Shown here: one piece after another, positions 13,580 through 26,929 of the stretch
Position numbering within the stretch: position 1 is the first letter of the stretch
Layout of the letters: the number at the start of each line of letters is the position of its first letter
DNA from: Podarcis liolepis
Lineage: Eukaryota
Assembly (NCBI GenBank): GCA_965112155.1
Contig: OZ218100.1
Direction: 5' to 3' (one strand)
Length of the DNA stretch: 64,000 bases
Translations under genes and position numbers: made by a program
The notes under the pieces: generated by a model
What the model was told of the DNA's origin: nothing
Databases searched by the model: none
Seen by the model: the letters and a program-made list of their open reading frames with translations, nothing else

Positions 13580-14025
13580 AATGAAAGAATTGTAGAGCTG
13601 AAAGGGACCCGAAGGGTCATGTAGCACAACCTCTGCTTAAAAACCTGCAAGGAAGGAGAGTCCACAACCTCCTAAGCATGGGTATAATTAAACATAAATG
13701 TATTATGTCTTATATATAGGATCATGTATATATTGTTATTTTATGGGGTAAGTCAGTTAATGTACTATATACATAATAGTATTAAGATTAAGGATTATTG
13801 TTAGGGGAGCAGGCTTTAGTTGTGGGGCAATCTCATATTTGTATTGATTTGTATTTATGGGGGGGGCAGCTGCCCCCTGCCCCCCCCTGGCTATGCCCAC
13901 GCTCTTGAGGGAGTCCATTGCACTGTCAAACAACTCTTACCATCAGAAAGTTCTTCCTGACATTTAGTCAGAATCTCCTTTCTTGCAGCTTGAAACCATT
14001 GGTTCGGGTTTTACCCTCCAGAGCA
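13580..14025 (-). mobile_element. CR1 LINE 3' fragment split by a hAT insertion
   Basis: AGAATTGTAGAGCTGAAAGGGACC...GAAGGAGAGTCCACAACC and ...AACTCTTACCATCAGAAAGTTCTTCCT match the reverse CR1 3' end also seen at 40713-41100. Confidence 0.8.
13677..13901. mobile_element. hAT-like non-autonomous element nested in CR1
   Basis: Termini CATGGGTATA / CTATGCCCACG; degenerate 8-bp TSD CTCCTAAG / CTCTTGAG. Confidence 0.6.
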
Positions 14026-14980
14026 AAAAGTGGGTGTGACCAGAGGCAAAAGTAGATGGAGCAACATACGTGACGGATGTTAGCTATGCAAGAGTCAGAT
14101 TCTTCTATCCACCTGCCCCCCACTTCAAACTAGACAAGCAAGATCTATTATCACAATTAAGAACACACTGCAGCCAAGCAAAAGCATTCAGAGAGGGCAT
14201 GGAGCAGGGCCAGTGAGACATGTACTATGAAAGAGGGATTCTCAGAGCTGATCCTGTCATTGGACAGAATGAGGCTGCCATGTCAAGAGGTAGATACTGG
14301 ATACATGTAAGGCCCAGAAGTTTAACTCAGTCAATATATATATGTTTAACTCCTGCAATATAAAAGCCCTAGTCTTTATTGAAAGATCAAGTTCTAGGTT
14401 CATAAGTTAAAGAAGCTGGAAGGCGGTGAGCGTTCAGTGAGAAAGACTAATGCTTTATTGATCCGTTATATATTGTATCTTGCTGACTGGAGTTTTTCTA
14501 TTGCCATCTAACTCTGTTTTCTTAACCTATACCTTGGGTTATATGTTTTTATGTTTTGTTTTGGGTTTATTTTTAAAATTTAGTCCATTGCTGTACTCCC
14601 ACTCCCACCCGTCTACATTTGCTACATTTCTTGGCATGTTCCTTTAAGGAAACTCAATAAATACAGTTTTCTTTTCAAAAAGAAGTTCAGCAATCAAAAC
14701 ACCAGATTATTTTGTATTTACTATGTGCTGGCTACAACAGAGTTGGCTAAACCATTATAATCAGGAAACCCGCCTGATCACAAAATACTTTGCTATAAAA
14801 CAGTGCAATGAGGTCTTTAGGTAAAGGGTCTTGCATTAAGGTGTAGCTTCCATTTTATATTTGCATGTTTAAGCTTTACATTTTCATGTTTACATTTATC
14901 AGGCGAATGAACTGTTTCATAGGTAATGCATTACAAACTGACCTAGAATTCTCTGACCGCATTCACAACTCACTTTAAAC

Positions 14981-15198
14981 TGGGGTCAGCAAACTTTTTC
15001 AGCAGGGGGCCAGTCCACTGTCCCTCAGACCTTGTGTAGGGCTGGACTATATTTTGAAAAGAAAAAAAGAGAGAAAGAATTCCTATGCCCCACAAATAAC
15101 CCAGAGATGCATTTTAAATAAAAGGACACATTCTACTCATGTAAAAACATGCTGATTCCCGGACCGTCCGTGGGCTGGATTTAGTTTGCCAACCCATG
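14981..15198. mobile_element. hAT (Charlie-like) MITE
   Basis: TIR TGGGGTCAGCAAACT / AGTTTGCCAACCCATG; TSD CTTTAAAC / CTTTAAGC. Confidence 0.75.
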
Positions 15199-16863
15199 CT
15201 TTAAGCTATAGTTTAGTTTAAAGGTTTTAAGGCAAACATATAGCATCCTGGTGCATGGAGCAAAAATTATGGCTGTTTCACTCCTCCTAACTTCTGAAGC
15301 TGTTGCACTGCTGGAGTGGTAAACTAATAACAAACCTCCTGAATTATTTGTGGAGAGACAAAACTATGACCTTGGATTTGGACAAAATGCTAAGCCAAAC
15401 TATGGTTTAGCTCCTGGTACTATGGCAGCAGTTGTAGCAGCAGAGAATTGAAGTAGCTCTTAATTTTGCTCTATGGGCCAGTGTGCTGTATATATGCTTT
15501 TAAACCATAGTTAAGCTTAACTATGGTTTAAAGTAACATGTGAAGCAGGCCTCTCCCTCTGTAAGCTGGTACCATAGTGCCAATGCTGGTTTGCAGTCTG
15601 CTCTGTTCTACTTCATCTGATGCAAATGTGAGAAGGATTTGATGGTAATGTAATGTAACGTAATGTAACAGCAATGGAATTTCAGTAGCTGCCCTGTTAA
15701 ACTTACTGGTACACTTTATTTATTAAGCAAGATTTTGTCACATGACCCTGCATGCGGGTAATACAAGACTCAGTGCTGTTTATAATGTTACACACCATCC
15801 CAGTCTCTGAGTGGTGTGAAATTCCAGGGGTACCAGGTGTGTTTACCAGGGGCTGTGTTTCCTTTTGGAACAAAGAGGCACAGCGGAGTCTGTGGTGTCT
15901 TTATGATATATGGTTTAGTCACACATATTACAACTGCATGTGATAGCAACACAAGATACCAATCCCCACTGCTCTCTTCAAGTGCTGCTTCTAATTGTAG
16001 TTTGGTAGCACATAAAATGAATGGAGAAATTAGTAGCATTTATAGAACACCTTTCAATAAGATCAAGATGCCTATGAGGCACATTCATATTAAGAAACTA
16101 GCCATTTCTAGGCATTGCATTGATCAGGGGTGTGACTTTAAATTTTTGTATGAATTGGAGCAAATCTATGGGAAACTATCTGAAATATGGAGCATAATGA
16201 GTGAACGAAACTGAAGGGAAATATGTGCCTATTCCATTTTGCCTCTTGGCCATATTTTAACTGGGGTTTTCTTTATTGCTATCTATTCATGCCTTATTTT
16301 GTTGCTTTTAGGCTTTTCTCTCTTTTGGGGTCATTGCTATTGTTTCACATTATTTGTTTTTAGCTTGTTTCAAATTACAGAAAATGCAGGATATACAAGT
16401 TCTAAATAAATGAAGAACTGAATGAATAAATGCACAAACCTCTGCTGAGTTCTATACAGTTCCAACATTTTGCTTTGAGCATAAACATAGATCTTAATTT
16501 GTCATCTTACATTTCACTACAGAGACTCATGAAACAGATGACGTTAATTGGCTCTTAAAGCTCATTAGCAGCACAAACGTGCCATGGTTTTGTGTGATCT
16601 CACTAATATTTTGCTGCATAAAAACATAGAGAATCAGGGTGATACTGTATATATTATGAAGGCATCAAGTTCTGTCCTTCTATTAACAGAAGGCTGTTTG
16701 ATCCCATAGAGGCTTTCATGAATGGGAGGAAGAGGAAAGTGGCATTTGCAAATTTGCCCTACTCCTGAAGCCCTACACCCAAGCCACTCTGATGTTCTCT
16801 CATGGGGGGTCATTGGGGACTGCTGAACTTGCAAGTAAGCAAGCTCCTCCACTTACATTCCTA

Positions 16864-17058
16864 CAGGGCCGGCCCACCCATGAGGCAAGGTGAGGTGACT
16901 GCCTCAAGCAGCAGAGTCTACAGGGGCAGTAGATCCTGATGTGGATCTTGTTCCTGACATAGCTTCTCACTCACACCTTCTTCCTTGGTGGGGAGTTGGC
17001 AGAGGGTACACCATTTTGTTTTTCACTTCAGGCCTCAAAATTTATTGGGCCGCCCCTG
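16864..17058. mobile_element. hAT (Tip100-like) MITE
   Basis: CAGGGCCGGCCC...GGGCCGCCCCTG termini with TGAGGC/GCCTCA subterminal motifs; related to copies at 32124 and 52763. Confidence 0.6.
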
Positions 17059-18084
17059 CATTTGTGGAAACCTCTGCTGGATATAAGAGCTCTCCATGAA
17101 CAGCACAAAACCACCGGGTATGACTCAATGCTTCTAAAGCGCATTAATACTTGATGGTGGTAGTGAGATGTCCATAAAGGGGTGGGAATGTGGCTATTAT
17201 CTGAGTCAGTGGGTCAACACTATCTCTCCAGCCTGCTGCTTTTTTTAAAATCTAACAGAGATTGTTTGAAGCTTCAATTGAAATATCTGCTTTTGGAAAA
17301 AAAAATAGTTCAGGTTATTCAGTGTTTGGGTTCTGATCCTGTAAATGACACTTAGCAGGAAAAACTTTACCCTGCTTGATTTCTGCATTGATGCCCCAAC
17401 CTTGATCAAATGCAGCTCCATGAAGGTGAAAATATCTGAGAACTCAGACAAAAACCTGTGCATATCTTATTCACCTCCTACGTCTCCCAACATTGTTGTA
17501 CTGTTTACTGGAAATGAGCAGATAAAACGTGGCCTTTCACCCTGTAAAATGAGATGCGTCTGATGGGACAGTTGTTTGTATCTCCATGGTCTGCTTTTAA
17601 TATCCAGTTCCAAAATTGACCCTTTCTGTTATCATTGCACAGACAAAGTAAATAAGGCACAAATCAAAGAAACCCCAGATAAAGGATGATGAATTAACAT
17701 TCAAAGGCATGAAAGGACTTACCATTTGATATTATTTAATATTTCTCCTCCTTGATACAAAGCTATTTCCTCCACAGGATATATTAATAAGGAGACCCAT
17801 GATAAGAACCAGCACAGCGCCAGAGAAACCTTTCAGTGCAGTTTATAAATCATATTGCAGTGTTTGGGGAGCCCCTAAGTGTACCAGATTGAAAGCCTAT
17901 AATGCATTAGAAGCCTTTCAGTTTTATTCATTTAATGGCCGTACTCGATCTGCTGTGAGGGAAAAGACGCAAAGCACAAACTTTCCCCACTTCGTGGCAT
18001 GCATTTGTAAGAGCTGTTACTGTGCAGTTTTACTGGGCTATTTGGGCCTAGAGGACATGCAATGCATCACACACAATTCAATAC

Positions 18085-18107
18085 TAGTAGTAGCAGTAGT
18101 AGTAGTA

Positions 18108-18156
<49 letters not shown>
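18085..18156. repeat. Compound (TAG)n(TAA)n microsatellite
   Basis: Seen directly in sequence. Confidence 0.95.
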
Positions 18157-18158
<2 letters not shown>

Positions 18159-18388
18159 TTTAAAAAGCTAGAAAATATGTGACCCATCTATACTGTGGGA
18201 AAACTTTCAGCAGATATATACTCCTAGTTATTTGGAATGGGATTTTTGTGTGCAGATGATATAACACTCCTGTACTTTTGAGTTTTCTACATACCAAAGT
18301 TTGCCGGAAAAATGCAGGAATGAATAGTCTGAAACACAAGAAGTGAGTGATAAGATGAAAACACACAACCTGGATACATCACCCCCCC

Positions 18389-18390
<2 letters not shown>

Positions 18391-18432
<42 letters not shown>
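18391..18432. repeat. (AC)n microsatellite
   Basis: Seen directly in sequence. Confidence 0.95.
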
Positions 18433-18433
<1 letters not shown>

Positions 18434-19590
18434 ATTTTGCTTTATGCTGCATTTCTACCATCTTAGGGCTTTCCTTCCCCCAAACTATACTATTGGCCTC
18501 TTCAAAGGAATGAAATACTTTATCTTCCTGACAGAACTAATTGACTGGAAAATTACATAAACCCCTCAGCAGATGTTCTTTCCCACATTGTTTGGGAATT
18601 TATCCCCATTATAGAGTGCTTCTAAGCTCCGAATCAAGGTGAACTGGGAATATCAGAACACATGAAGGTATATACATATTCTGGCATGCATGAGGGAACA
18701 ATAATTCTCATATCACATTGCCCAGACCTGCCTCCCATGCTCAGTTAACACTGCCACACTATCGTCTGCTGCTGGGATTAAATTCTGGCACCACACAACT
18801 ATGTGGACCACTTTCCATTGACCTTAATAGCTCTAGAATTCCATCTCTGATCCCCTTCCCCCCTTTTATTAAAGACATTTCAGTCAAAGTGATCAGCCTA
18901 TCTAAAATGCAAATCAGCTCCAGGCAAACCTTCCCACTTTTAACAGGGGGGAAAAGTCCCAGCCCAATCCCAGACCTCTATAAATTCACTTTGTCATAAT
19001 GAATGGGTCTCAGAGTTAAAGCTGTCAGGCAACAAACAAGAGGAAAAATAAACCAATTCGAGCTTCCTATTCCCTGCACTGTATTTCTAGCTGTATAGCA
19101 TACTAATCTGTGCAAATCAGCTGGCATCTTCAAAATTATAATGCACATCAGTGAGTTAAGCATCTGTATAACAATAAGATTTGTCATCCATCATTCAGGG
19201 AACAGCATAAGGCAGCTTACTGTCACTTAGTGCCAACTGACATCTATCTAGATTGTCTGCCTGCCCATTTGACATTAGAAGCTTGTTGTAATCTCTGATC
19301 CATTTCTTTATTTTTCCCCCTTGATTTTTTTTAAGGCTCAGGCGAAACATTCATGATGTTTGTGGGTGAAAATAAGATAAAGTAACCCAGGCAGCACATA
19401 ATGAAGAACCATTGGCTAGAGTGTAATTATCTCTAAATGAGATACTTAGGCTACTGTGCCATGAGTGTTCATAATTTTAAATATGCATTAATTACTAATA
19501 ATTCTAAATAATTGTTTTAATATAACAAGAGAGCCATTTCCTCATTCTCTGTGCAAAGGCATCAAATATATACATCGGTTGCGAGAGAGG

Positions 19591-19652
<62 letters not shown>
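19591..19652. repeat. (AAAG)n microsatellite
   Basis: Seen directly in sequence. Confidence 0.95.
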
Positions 19653-20276
19653 TCAAGGTAACCAACAAACCAATAAATCAACGCAAAATCCACCCCAAGC
19701 TCCAATTATTTGACTAGAATGTCTTTTATAATTGAAGTGGTTGGTAGTCTCCTTGCTGCTAATTAAAGCTCCTCTTCTCTAGGAGAAAAAAAGCAACTCA
19801 AGGTTGGACATTCAGAGCTGTAGCCACCTAAGTTCTACTCAGAGTAAATCCATTGAAAGCAATGCCCATAAATTTCACTGGGTCTACTCTGAGTTTATAT
19901 GACTAACATTGGATACAACTGTTGGCTTGTTACTTTAAACATTTTACAGGAAATGACTAGAAATAAGGACACGTTTGTATATATAGATAGTATGCCCTAT
20001 ACAGTAGGGCAAAGCAGCATTCATAAAATGTGGTCTATTTCCATAAAATGTAGGACTAATGCTTCTCTCAAACTTTACCATTTATGAATCTGCCCACCCA
20101 GGAGAGGTCCAAGCTTGATTGTGGTTACCATAAAAGCCCATTACTGGGATAGTTAATGATAAATAGGGTGACTGCTTTGTCAGAACAATACTTAAAAACA
20201 GAAAATACATCACCTAAAAAGGAGGGCAAAAGAGGACACACATTTGAGTAAAATTTATCTATGCTAATTTGCATGT

Positions 20277-20544
20277 CCCCTTCATGGATCACTGTCTTGC
20301 CATGGCGAAGGGGCTTGAATAACTCAGAGAAGCTATGAGCTATGCTGTGCAGGGCCACCCAAGATGGACAGGTCATAGTGGAGAGTTTTGACCAAATGTG
20401 ATCCACCTGGAGCAGGAACCGGCAAGCCACTGCAGTATTCCTGCCAAGAAAACTCCATGGACAAAGACAGCCTGGCGTGCTCTGGTCCATGGGGTCATGA
20501 AGAGTCGGACATGACGAAACGACTAAACAACAACAACAACAACA
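20277..20544 (+). mobile_element. BovB-derived short element (5' region fused to 3' end; Bov-A-like)
   Basis: BovB 5'-region sequence (ATGGATCACTGTCTTGCCATGGCGAAGGGGCTTG...GGCAAGCCACTGCAGTATTCCTGCCAAGAAAACTCCATGGAC) is joined directly to the BovB 3' terminus and (CAA)n; 11-bp TSD AATTTGCATGT (20266-76, 20545-55). Confidence 0.85.
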
Positions 20545-20793
20545 AATTTGCATGTATAGATGCACATTTAGAAATTGTTGCTATAATTTAAATAGAAATA
20601 CAATATACCTCATCATATTGCTGAGGAATTGAGCACGTAATCTGTATGCCTGGTCTGTCTGCTGTTGAGGTTCTGACTGTTGATGAGTAACTTCAAGGCC
20701 ACTTCTCTTCCCTTTTTATGATTCTTTAAACTTTACTTAGACCAGACAGCCTTTGTAACAGAAAACTCTGTAAATCTTGACACATTGCTCAGA

Positions 20794-20916
20794 TAGGGTT
20801 ACCAGATTTTTTTCAATGAATCCGGAGACACTTTTCAACTTCAATGGATTTTGTATGGGGACTGATTTGTAAATCTGGGGACTGTCCCCGGGAAACGGGG
20901 ACATCTGGTAACCTTA
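20794..20916. mobile_element. hAT (Blackjack-like) MITE
   Basis: TIR TAGGGTTACCAGAT / ATCTGGTAACCTTA; degenerate TSD TGCTCAGA / AGCTAAGA. Confidence 0.8.
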
Positions 20917-22264
20917 AGCTAAGAGTAACATGTAGTAACATAGCAAAATAAAAAAGCAAAATTTTGAAAGGTTCAGTGATGAACCACATCTTTTCTGTAA
21001 ATATGCTGCTGTTAGATAAACTAAGAAGCAAACTGAACTGCTGAAAGGTGTGACCTCCTCAGAGGGCCTAACTACATGTTCCATGGTAGACCTTTGATTG
21101 GATAATTGTCTTTTAAAAGCAGCCACGAGAGACCTCAATTTGGCTCAAGGACATGCCAGAGGGTAAGGAGGTACAACCGTTTTCCCCATGCCTCAGGGGC
21201 AGGCACGCCAACTAGTCAGGCTAAGGGGTCTTGAGCCCCTCCCAAAAATTTCAAGGAGGTGGCTACTCCCCAAGTCCTGTGGAAATGTCATGTGGGGAGA
21301 AGGAGGCTGAACGCAAAGCCCAGTGGTCACACTCCGCTTCTCTGTGCCCGCCGCCTGCATAACACATCAGCACACTATGCGGCATGTGTGATGTTGGCAC
21401 ACTGCATGGCGTGCATACATGATGTCAGCATTCCATGTGGTGTGGTCCCCCTCAATCGCAGGGGCAAGTTGGCTCGTCTGCTCAGGGGTCTCTGCTGAAG
21501 ATTCCCTGCCCCTCAAATAGTTATAATTAGCCATGAAGATAAATACATGGAGGCACAACAGCAAGTGCTTTGTTAACACCCCATCTTCCTTGTGCTTTAG
21601 CCCTGATGCAAATCAGGACCCCCTGCAGCTGTTTTTAGAAGAACTCAAGTATCATCCATCTAGTTTGTACCTCAATCCCTTTTTTACCTTCAGCGGATCC
21701 ATGCTGTTTTCACTGTCTGCTAGCTGTACTCAAAATAACTAAATTAGTATATGACTCTTTTTTTGTGGGGGGCTTTAAGCTACATCAGAAGTAGTCTAGA
21801 GAAAAAGCATACGTAGTTTATGCTTAATATTATGCCAAATTATTATGCTTCATAAAAAGTTCTCTTTTATTATTTTAATAGTGAATGCCCTGGTGGCTAG
21901 AAGATAATATGCTAATCATATTAATAATGTAATTTACCTCCATTTTTCTTCCAACACAAGCCATCAATAAATCAGTTTTGAGTAACTTCTAATGCCGAGA
22001 GATGGGTCAAAATTTGTGGTATCTGTAGCTGCATACTGGTTATTTATTATAGAACACATTCTGCATGCTGCATAGGAAATGAATTGCATTAGCTATTTTA
22101 AAAACACACATTATAGTCAAGCATATATTCAGACTTCAGTAGGCTTTTATTTTAAGATATTAAAAATAAAATTTCATAACACTGTGGTATCACTTCCAAC
22201 ATATTGCATACTAGGTGAATTTCCAAACTGGCCATTTATCTTTTACTTTTTTTGTAGCCTGTAT

Positions 22265-22388
22265 CAGGGGTAGCCAACATGGGGCCCACTATATGTTGTT
22301 GGACTCTTCGGCCAGCATGGGCAATGGTCAGGGATGAAGGAACTTTAATCCAACCATTTTTGGAGGGTGCCATGTTGGGCATCCTTGG
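22265..22388. mobile_element. Old hAT-type palindromic MITE
   Basis: CAGGGGTAGCCAACATGG...CCATGTTGGGCATCCTTG fold-back; a similar degraded copy lies near 45020-45145. Confidence 0.55.
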
Positions 22389-23079
22389 TGTATATCATTG
22401 ATCTTCAACTGATGGACAGGGCCCACAAATGTCTTGTGTCGTGAACTGAATATAGCTTATATCTGTTGCACTGCCAGGTTTATATTTAAAGTTTATATTT
22501 TAAGGCTATAAAGAGAAAGACCATAGTCCAGCACTGTCTCTTCAGACTGGCAGCAGTTCTCTAGTGCAGGAGAGAAAACAGAAAATGGGATTCACACAGC
22601 CTTTGAAAAGTATGTTTTATACATTATACATCAAGCAGGGCTCATAATGCAGGTTGAGGCTAAAGTTGATTTCTAGATCATATGAACAAGTTGAAAACTA
22701 CTAGTCTAGGTAATCTCTAAAGACGATGTTAACTGTAGCCAGTACATCAGCAGTGTACAGGCAATCCAGTTTTCTGCTTTCAATTTCCCCCCTATCTGCT
22801 CCTGTGCAGCAGTGCACTTAAAATGCCCCTGGTGGCTTAATAGCTTGGCTTGACTGTAGGTTTCAGCACAACAAATTGCAGTGGCATCCTGTGGGACATC
22901 TGGTGTATCAGCAACCTTTTTAGCTAACATGCTGAGAATGAAATCCACGATTTACTCACGGGGGCAGCAGTCGCAACAACCATGTTTTATTCATGAAATG
23001 GAATAATATCCCTCCTTGCAGACAAACACAAACACTCATACCCCGAGGGCTGATTTGTACTCATAGCCCACTGGTACAA

Positions 23080-23365
23080 CACATATTCTTGGGGGATTGT
23101 GGGGTCCTGTGCACTGGAGGCAGGCAAATGTTGTCCCCATCTTCAAAAGGAGGGAGAGGGGAGAAGATCGAGGTAACTACTGACCAATCAGCTTGACATT
23201 GATACTAGAAAAGGTCCTAGAACAGATAATTAAACGATCGCTCTTGCTGTGATTACTCTAAGAACCACCACGGATTTCTCAAAAACAATTCATGCCAGAC
23301 ACATCTTATTTGTTATAGAGTTACAAGCTTGGTGGATCAGGGGAATGCCTTGGACATAGTGTATC
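23080..23365 (+). mobile_element. CR1 ORF2 (RT) internal fragment, degenerate
   Basis: With stops and indels it translates WRQANVVPIFK...GNY*PISLT...KVLEQIIK...HGFLKN.SCQTHLI...LVDQGNALDIVY. Confidence 0.85.
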
Positions 23366-26300
23366 GAGTTGTCGTGAAGTAGGAAATGGGCACGAGAGGA
23401 GAGAAATATTAGTTGTGCACTTCACATCTGAAGTGATATGTATGATCATCTGAAGCCATACCCACCTGGGATCTGCAAATTATCTTAGCTGCACCACTGA
23501 TCGAGACTGAAACAGAAACGTGTTCTAAATCAGTAATTTCTTTTTCTTGTATGGTACAAGTTTAGCATTGTGTAAAGTTGTTCCAGTTCATCTCTGTTTC
23601 AGCAGCTGCTTGAAACCAGCTCTGTCTGGTTTGTGTCAGCAAACAGAAGATTATGACAATAGTGATGAGCCGAATACAACAGAAAAACAGAAGAGAATGG
23701 AACAGGAGAGAGTGGCAGAACAATGTAAACAATGATTCTAAAGCATGTTGTCAATTAAATAATCCATAAACTCTCAACAGCAAATATGCAGGCCTTATTA
23801 TTTATTTGTATTGAGGAAGCTGGAAAACACGAATAATCAGATTGGAGCATCCCCATTTACCCAGTAAACACCGAGCAGGACAACATGAATGTGCTTGCAT
23901 GTTAATCCCACAGTTTTCCTAGTTCCTAAACCCTTTTAATATAAAAAATGAGGATTTCTGTCAGAAGTGCTTGACAGCAGTGAACCAAAGCACACCTTGA
24001 TAATAAATAACAGGATTTGTTCAAAAAACCCCCAAAACAAAACCATTTTCAGACTCTGTAACATTGCTCAGATTTTCATAAAGTGCATACGGTGTCTGAA
24101 AAAGATCAGCTCTCTATAGGTAACCTAACCTATCAATTACTTAGTCAGCCTTGGCGAGATGTGTGCTCTGTGCATTACATATGAAAAGTATCTGAGAAGG
24201 TGAGATCAGTGTGTAATTATCTAGTGCTGCTACTGTATATTCTGGCAGATATCTAGTAGTTAGGCAAATGCCCATGGGTAGGTTGCCACCCCGTGTTTCC
24301 CAAAGTAACATGAGGCAGCCTCAAATATTTCCAGCTGTTTTCACTTTTGCTGCTCTCTGTTTTCCCCTCTCTCCCCCCTCCTCCTTTTTTTTATCTCTTA
24401 GCTACAACCAATAAAACCTCTCTGAAAAGACAAAGACATCCGGCACCTTGGAGAGTGGAAAGATTTATTCTGCAGGTTCCAAACATAGGGATTTGAAATG
24501 ATTCATATTCATTTTGGTTTGACTACATTTGAATGATTCAAAATTGATTATTAGGCCTCTAGACAAATGGCTGAGAAAATCTGGCAAATATAGTTTTAGT
24601 GAATAGTCCATTGTTTGCATTTTCTAACAAGGAATGAAGAGTTGCCTTTTTTTGGATTTGACTAGCGGTCCATGTGATAGCTATTTTAATTAAGAAAGTG
24701 ATTAGTACCCCTGAACTTCAAAGAGACAGAAACAAACTCAGTATTAAAAATGAAAAGTGGGGGCCAGAGTAGAAAGCAACAGTGCATGTCCAGCCCCACT
24801 TGGAAACGCTTCTCTTCAGGTCTCCCCAGCCAGGGTTTGGGAGCATCGGAAGAAGTGGCAATGATGCCACTACTGGGAGGTCAGCTCTGGTCTTTTGACT
24901 TCCTACTCTCTTCTTGCCCTTTTCACTTCCTGTTTGCTTTCCATTTTGCTTGAAGTTACAGCAGCATCTGGATCCAAAGCAGCAACCATTCTGCAGGTAA
25001 TTTTGGATGCTTGGCACATTCTGAATGTTCTGTCTAAAAGCAGATTTGCAGCTTCCGAAAGTCTTTTTTTTTTTTTTTGCATCTCTCTCCCCCCCCCTTC
25101 TCTAATGCTAATCACAAGTCAATCTCTTATGATAGAGGTTGCTAGCTGCTCACAGTTGCAGCTCTGACTGTTCAACTTCAGCTCTGTAAAAAAATCTTCA
25201 AATCACTTGCCTTTCCTCTTAATATTCTCGTGAAATGTCTCTTCAAGTTCACTTTTCTTTGGTATATAATAGCCCCAGACCCCCAAATTCATGACCTTAT
25301 TTGCCAATGACAAATAGGGGGCAGGGGATGGGACACTTTGATGATCTTAGGTGGGGCAGTAAAATGGTTGAAATGATTTCCAGGAGTGTTTGCTTACCAC
25401 TGAAGTTTTGGCCATTTCCTTTCTTTTCCTTAAGTTAAAACAGGGTTGGGTCATCGTAGGCAACATCCGGTGTGAGACAGGTAAAGGTGTGGCAGCCAGC
25501 ACTTCGAAGCCAGTTTGCAAGTAGCTTGCATTGAGACCATTTGCACATGGACTTAGAATGATGTTTTTCAGAGCTTATCAGCTGATTGGCATTGAAAGGC
25601 ATCAGCTTTGAAGTGTGTTTGGAAGCAGCTTCAAAACAAACCACTTGCAATCAGACTTCTAAGGCAATATCTCTCAATGCCTATCAGCAGATGAGCACCA
25701 AGAGGCATCACTACTGAAGCAGTTTGTGTTGAAACTGCTTGAAGATGGACTTTGAAGGTGAGCCCCTTTCATGTTGTCACTTGATGGCATACAAAGGTCG
25801 GGTGATTGATAGGTGGCTAGCCCCACCCTCCTGTTAAAATCGGCCTGCGGTGGGCAGGAAGGTAGGATCTGGCCCGGCAACCACATCCAGTTCCCTGATT
25901 CAAAATATATTACTTGCTGCAGTGACAGCTCTTTCCTCCCTCCTTTCGTATAAGTCCTATTCAGGCTTTCAGCAGAATATGTCTGGGCTTAAAGTGGGCA
26001 GGGGTCGTGGATATGCATGCTGCGCTCTGACCCCCAAATCCCTGTTTGTTCTGTCCCCATCTCATCCTTTTCTGCACCGAGGACAAAGGTTTGGAAGGAG
26101 ATTCAAACTGCATTCTGCTGAACATGGTTAGAACCCTCTCTTAGTTTGGGAATGCTGATTCTCAACCAACTCAATGAAAAATCCCCCTTCAGACATGTGA
26201 AAGTTAAGAAAGGAGGAACAGGAACAGCATGTATGAGGATGCTTGAGGGCAGTGGCAGCAAGTGTACCTGCACCCACTGCCTAGTTTGACCTCTAATGCA

Positions 26301-26793
26301 TTATTCTGAATGCCTGAAGAAGGCTTTACTTTTTCAAAATATATTCTGTAATGACAGTGGTAGCAGCAGCAGCTACAACTACTATGCTCATCCCAGGGTC
26401 AGCCTAAGTCATTTTCCCTGGTGAAGGACAGGGCAGCTTTCATATTCCAAGCTCTAGGCTGGCAGCTAGATCTTACTTCAACACTGATGTTGTCACAGAA
26501 TTCTCCGCTGACAGCCCAGGGCAATCTGCACAGCACTCACAGTTTTGCCCTACAGCACCACTCATTACCACCCAGCATCTGCTGCCTGAGGCAGCCCCTC
26601 CATTCTGCAAAATGGTAGGGCCGCCTTTGGTTCTTCCTTCCTAGAATGCCCCTGGAATAATGTTAATTATATGGCACTAGCATCCGAGCGTGTAAGTGAA
26701 TTTGGAACATGGTGGTTGGAACTATGTTCCAGCTTTGCTGGCCACAGGTAGTGTTTAAGGAAGGAAGGAAAGACAGGCAGACACTCACTAAGG

Positions 26794-26929
26794 CAGGTAT
26801 AGGCAAACTCAGCCCTCCAGATGTTTTGAGACTACAATTCCCATCATCCTTGACCACTGGTCCTGTTAGCTAGGGATGATGGAAGTTGTAGTTCCAAAAC
26901 ATCTGGAGAGCCAAGTTTGCCTATGCCTG
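26794..26929. mobile_element. hAT-type palindromic MITE (136 bp)
   Basis: CAGGTATAGGCAAACT...AGTTTGCCTATGCCTG; perfect 8-bp TSD CACTAAGG. Confidence 0.9.

Noticed and set aside
17371-17455. Minus-strand exon candidate (…MELHLIKVGASMQKSSR|gtaaag)
   Set aside because: The acceptor lacks a polypyrimidine tract, the donor is mediocre and the peptide is unrecognised.
24895-25167. Signal-peptide-like hydrophobic ORF with CAG|GTAATT
   Set aside because: It starts at TTG with an in-frame stop shortly upstream and no ATG; the hydrophobicity reflects a pyrimidine tract.
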